A program made the position numbers and the translations under genes. Under the pieces are notes generated by a model that saw only the letters and a program-made list of their open reading frames with translations, was not told the DNA's origin and did no database searches. Of a stretch of DNA of 64,000 bases, positions 61,435 through 64,000 are shown piece after piece (within the stretch, counting starts at the first letter, position 1; each line of letters begins with the position of its first letter). The stretch covers positions 30,941-94,940 of the forward strand of contig CAZTGZ010000007.1 of NCBI GenBank assembly GCA_964613385.1, in the 5' to 3' direction. The DNA comes from an uncultured Chitinophagaceae bacterium. Its GTDB lineage: Bacteria > Bacteroidota > Bacteroidia > NS11-12g > UBA9320.

Positions 61435-63245
61435 GATACTAAGGCAAACAAAGAGAAAATTGCCCATTTTCGGTCTTTTCCCATTCGGTGTTCAGAAAAC
61501 AATCGATGTATTTCGCGAGCCTGAATGTTTAGTTTTTGTAAAAAGTGCTGCTGAGTAAGAAGTTCTTCCATGGTATGACCTGCTGCAGAACGAATCCACT
61601 CGGCCAGGGGAATGCTAAATCCCCGTTTTCTTTCATCGGGGTGAAAATCATTGAATTTTCGGGAAAGTAGTTTTTTGAGTAGACCTTTTCTCTGACCATT
61701 TTCATAGCTCAGGGATCCGGGAAGCTGACAACTGAATTCAATAAATTCCTTTTTTAGAAACGGTACCCGCACCTCTAAGGAAGCTTCCATACTGGCGAGA
61801 TCAACTTTTCGCAATGTTTTTTGCATCATCCCTTCAAATTCCGCCTTGCGCATGTTTTGCATCAATACATCGGTGTCATTTGTATTGGGATATGCATACG
61901 TGGTATAATTCTCCGGCAATTTAATTTCCTTCAGGTACGGAAATACTTTGTGAATATCGTTTTTCTTAAATCTGGAATGAAGACTTTGGTGGGCCTTGGC
62001 TTGTTCCTTAAATAATACCAAACTGTTCATTTTGGGTATCCCGGTGTATTTGTTGAATCCGTAAAGGCCTTTTTTTACCAGGGGAGGATAGTTCTGCCAT
62101 TGGATATTCCTGAGCAGGCTATGGAAACGGTTATAGCCGTAAAACAATTCATCTCCGCCATCTCCGGATAGTGCTACCTTAACTTTTTCGGCTGCCAATG
62201 CCGATACCAAATGGGTTGGAACTATGCTGAAATCTCCGATCGGTTCGTGAAACATTTTTTGCCATTGGAACAACAGATTTAAGGAACTTTCCGAGTCCAT
62301 TTTCCGGAGGGAGTGGTCGGTTTGCAGAAATTTTGCAAAAAAAGCGGCATCGTCGGATTCGTCATGAATCTCAGAATCGGATCCAATGGTAAATGTTTTT
62401 AAGTTCCGGATGTTGCGGGAAGCGATTTCTGCAATAATCGGAGAATCGACACCTCCGGATAGGAAGGCTCCGATTTCAACATCACTGAGTAACTCATCTT
62501 TTACGGCTTTTTCCAGGGCCTGATCCAATCGCTCCATCGCTTCGTTTTTTGAAATCACTGAATTTTGATGGGAGGGGAATTCCCAATATTTAGTCTCCAG
62601 TATTTTCCCATCTATCGATACGGTCAGATAACATCCGGGACTTACTTGTGCTGTATGCTCAATTAACGCAAAAGGTGGTGGCAGGAAATGTTGTTCTAAG
62701 TACAAGAGCAGAACATCAGGTTGTATCGGTTCATGTATGAATGTGGGGTGACAAACCACCTGATCATATTGACTGGCAGCGACCAGGGTCCCTTTGTGAT
62801 ATCCATAAAAAAGCGGCTTTATTCCGGCAAAATCCCTGGCCAGCGTGGTGTTCTGATTTTTGTAATCGTAGATGCATAATGCAAACATTCCGTCCAGGGC
62901 TTTAATGGTTCGGTCAATGCCCCAGGACTCCAGGCATGCACAAATGGTTTCTGAGTCGCTGTGTCCGCGAAATCTTTGATCTGGAAGCTGTTTTCGCAAT
63001 TCCAGATGATTGTATATTTCGCCATTAAACAACAACAGAAAATTCCCATTTCTGCTGCGCATGGGTTGGCTTCCGGCCTCTGAGAGGTCTAAAATGGATA
63101 ACCGGTTAAAACCAGCCTGAATATGCTCTTCCCGAACAATTTTCTGATCATCGGGTCCGCGCTTTGCAGACTTATCCAGCAATTCCTTAAATTTCAATGG
63201 ATTGCAGGGTTCAGAAAGGCTAAATTCGAAAAGAAATCCGCACAT
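61410..63245 (-). CDS. asnB: Asparagine synthase (glutamine-hydrolysing)-type amidotransferase
   Basis: N-terminal MCG, RGPD, RLSILDL, FNGEIYN, LSGGVDS, ALSGDGGDELF, EVRVPFL. Confidence 0.92.
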   Translation of the reverse strand: MCGFLFEFSLSEPCNPLKFKELLDKSAKRGPDDQKIVREEHIQAGFNRLSILDLSEAGSQPMRSRNGNFLLLFNGEIYNHLELRKQLPDQRFRGHSDSETICACLESWGIDRTIKALDGMFALCIYDYKNQNTTLARDFAGIKPLFYGYHKGTLVAASQYDQVVCHPTFIHEPIQPDVLLLYLEQHFLPPPFALIEHTAQVSPGCYLTVSIDGKILETKYWEFPSHQNSVISKNEAMERLDQALEKAVKDELLSDVEIGAFLSGGVDSPIIAEIASRNIRNLKTFTIGSDSEIHDESDDAAFFAKFLQTDHSLRKMDSESSLNLLFQWQKMFHEPIGDFSIVPTHLVSALAAEKVKVALSGDGGDELFYGYNRFHSLLRNIQWQNYPPLVKKGLYGFNKYTGIPKMNSLVLFKEQAKAHQSLHSRFKKNDIHKVFPYLKEIKLPENYTTYAYPNTNDTDVLMQNMRKAEFEGMMQKTLRKVDLASMEASLEVRVPFLKKEFIEFSCQLPGSLSYENGQRKGLLKKLLSRKFNDFHPDERKRGFSIPLAEWIRSAAGHTMEELLTQQHFLQKLNIQAREIHRLFSEHRMGKDRKWAIFSLFALVSWLENTKR

Positions 63246-64000
63246 TATTGGTATGCTTTGATTACTTCAAGTAAGCGAAGTATGTTTCGTTGGATAAAGT
63301 ATTGGTTATACCAATTAAAACTCTCTTCACCAATTTTCATCAATTCGACCGGGTGTTCATAAGCCCATTTGAGTTTATTGGAAATTTCCTGTGGTTCTCT
63401 TGCGTTTAACAAAGGATAAATTCCATTGGGCATTTCTGCTTCATGATAATTCTGAAGGTTGAGGTAATGCAAAATGGGTTTCCGCATCGAATGGGCTTCC
63501 ATAATGGTACCGAAAGTGAGAAAACTATGCTCAAATTCACCGGTACAAAGGTCAGCTTGTTTCACCAAATACATCAGATCTTTTCGATACAGGGTAGGAA
63601 ACCACTTTACATGTTGTTCAATGCCTAATTCGGAAATCAGATTTTTCGAATCCACCACATTGTTGCCATAATCCAGCATAATAAGCAACGCATCGGAGAT
63701 ATTTTGTTCTTTAATAAACGCTGCGAATCCGCGTATCAAACGATCTACGCCCTTATTGGAGAAGGGATTGGGTGGGTTTTTCCATTCCTGTCGTCCATGA
63801 AAAAGCACCATAAACTTATTTTGCTTTCTCAGGGTATTGATTTCATCAGCAAAATGAACGGGTGGGGAAGGGTTTGCATTAAAAGCAGTTTCATATTCGG
63901 GATGAAACAAAAAAGGCATACCGATATGTTCAAATTTTCCTTTCAACCCGAGTGACAATAATTTTGACTCATATTCGGGATTGGTTTTGTCAAGGAATAC
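63245..64000 (-). CDS. Glycosyltransferase (GT-B), C-terminal part; gene starts beyond the window
   Basis: Frame is open to base 64000. KGVDRLIRGF, ADLCTGEF, GTIMEA motifs. Confidence 0.75.
   Translation of the reverse strand, partial: VFLDKTNPEYESKLLSLGLKGKFEHIGMPFLFHPEYETAFNANPSPPVHFADEINTLRKQNKFMVLFHGRQEWKNPPNPFSNKGVDRLIRGFAAFIKEQNISDALLIMLDYGNNVVDSKNLISELGIEQHVKWFPTLYRKDLMYLVKQADLCTGEFEHSFLTFGTIMEAHSMRKPILHYLNLQNYHEAEMPNGIYPLLNAREPQEISNKLKWAYEHPVELMKIGEESFNWYNQYFIQRNILRLLEVIKAYQ

Noticed and set aside
1764-63955. Dozens of 60-226 aa ORFs antisense to or out of frame within the called genes (e.g. 27604-28068, 31645-32079, 38738-39244, 49595-50275)
   Set aside because: All lie inside well-supported genes, lack recognisable motifs and show typical shadow-ORF composition.

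Overview
Compact, gene-dense chromosomal segment of a Bacteroidota bacterium (TAnnTTTG promoter boxes, GldL/GldM homologues, TonB-dependent receptors with lipoprotein partners). No rRNA, tRNA, CRISPR array or mobile element was seen. Positions 1-37.5 kb are mostly housekeeping genes (cdd, argS, clpC, dnaB, pruA, murB, hutU/hutH, rpsP-rimM-trmD, miaE, queA, TrkH, clpB). Positions 37.5-64 kb are the distal part of one minus-strand surface-polysaccharide locus that continues past the window end. The strongest leads are four. (1) A His-rich, signal-peptide-bearing leader ORF ending in the ribosome-arrest motif RAPP lies directly upstream of a metal-type TonB receptor and lipoprotein. (2) A gldL-gldM motor pair lacking gldK/gldN is translationally coupled to a beta-helix/outer-membrane-barrel fusion gene. 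(3) A PLP enzyme + HAD phosphatase + ATP-grasp cassette in the glycan locus mirrors the Campylobacter serinol/ethanolamine uronamide pathway, near a WcfR/WcfS-like pair. (4) A DnaA-box array with an AT-rich flank between clpC and dnaB is a candidate oriC. All family calls come from motif recognition by eye; no database search was run.
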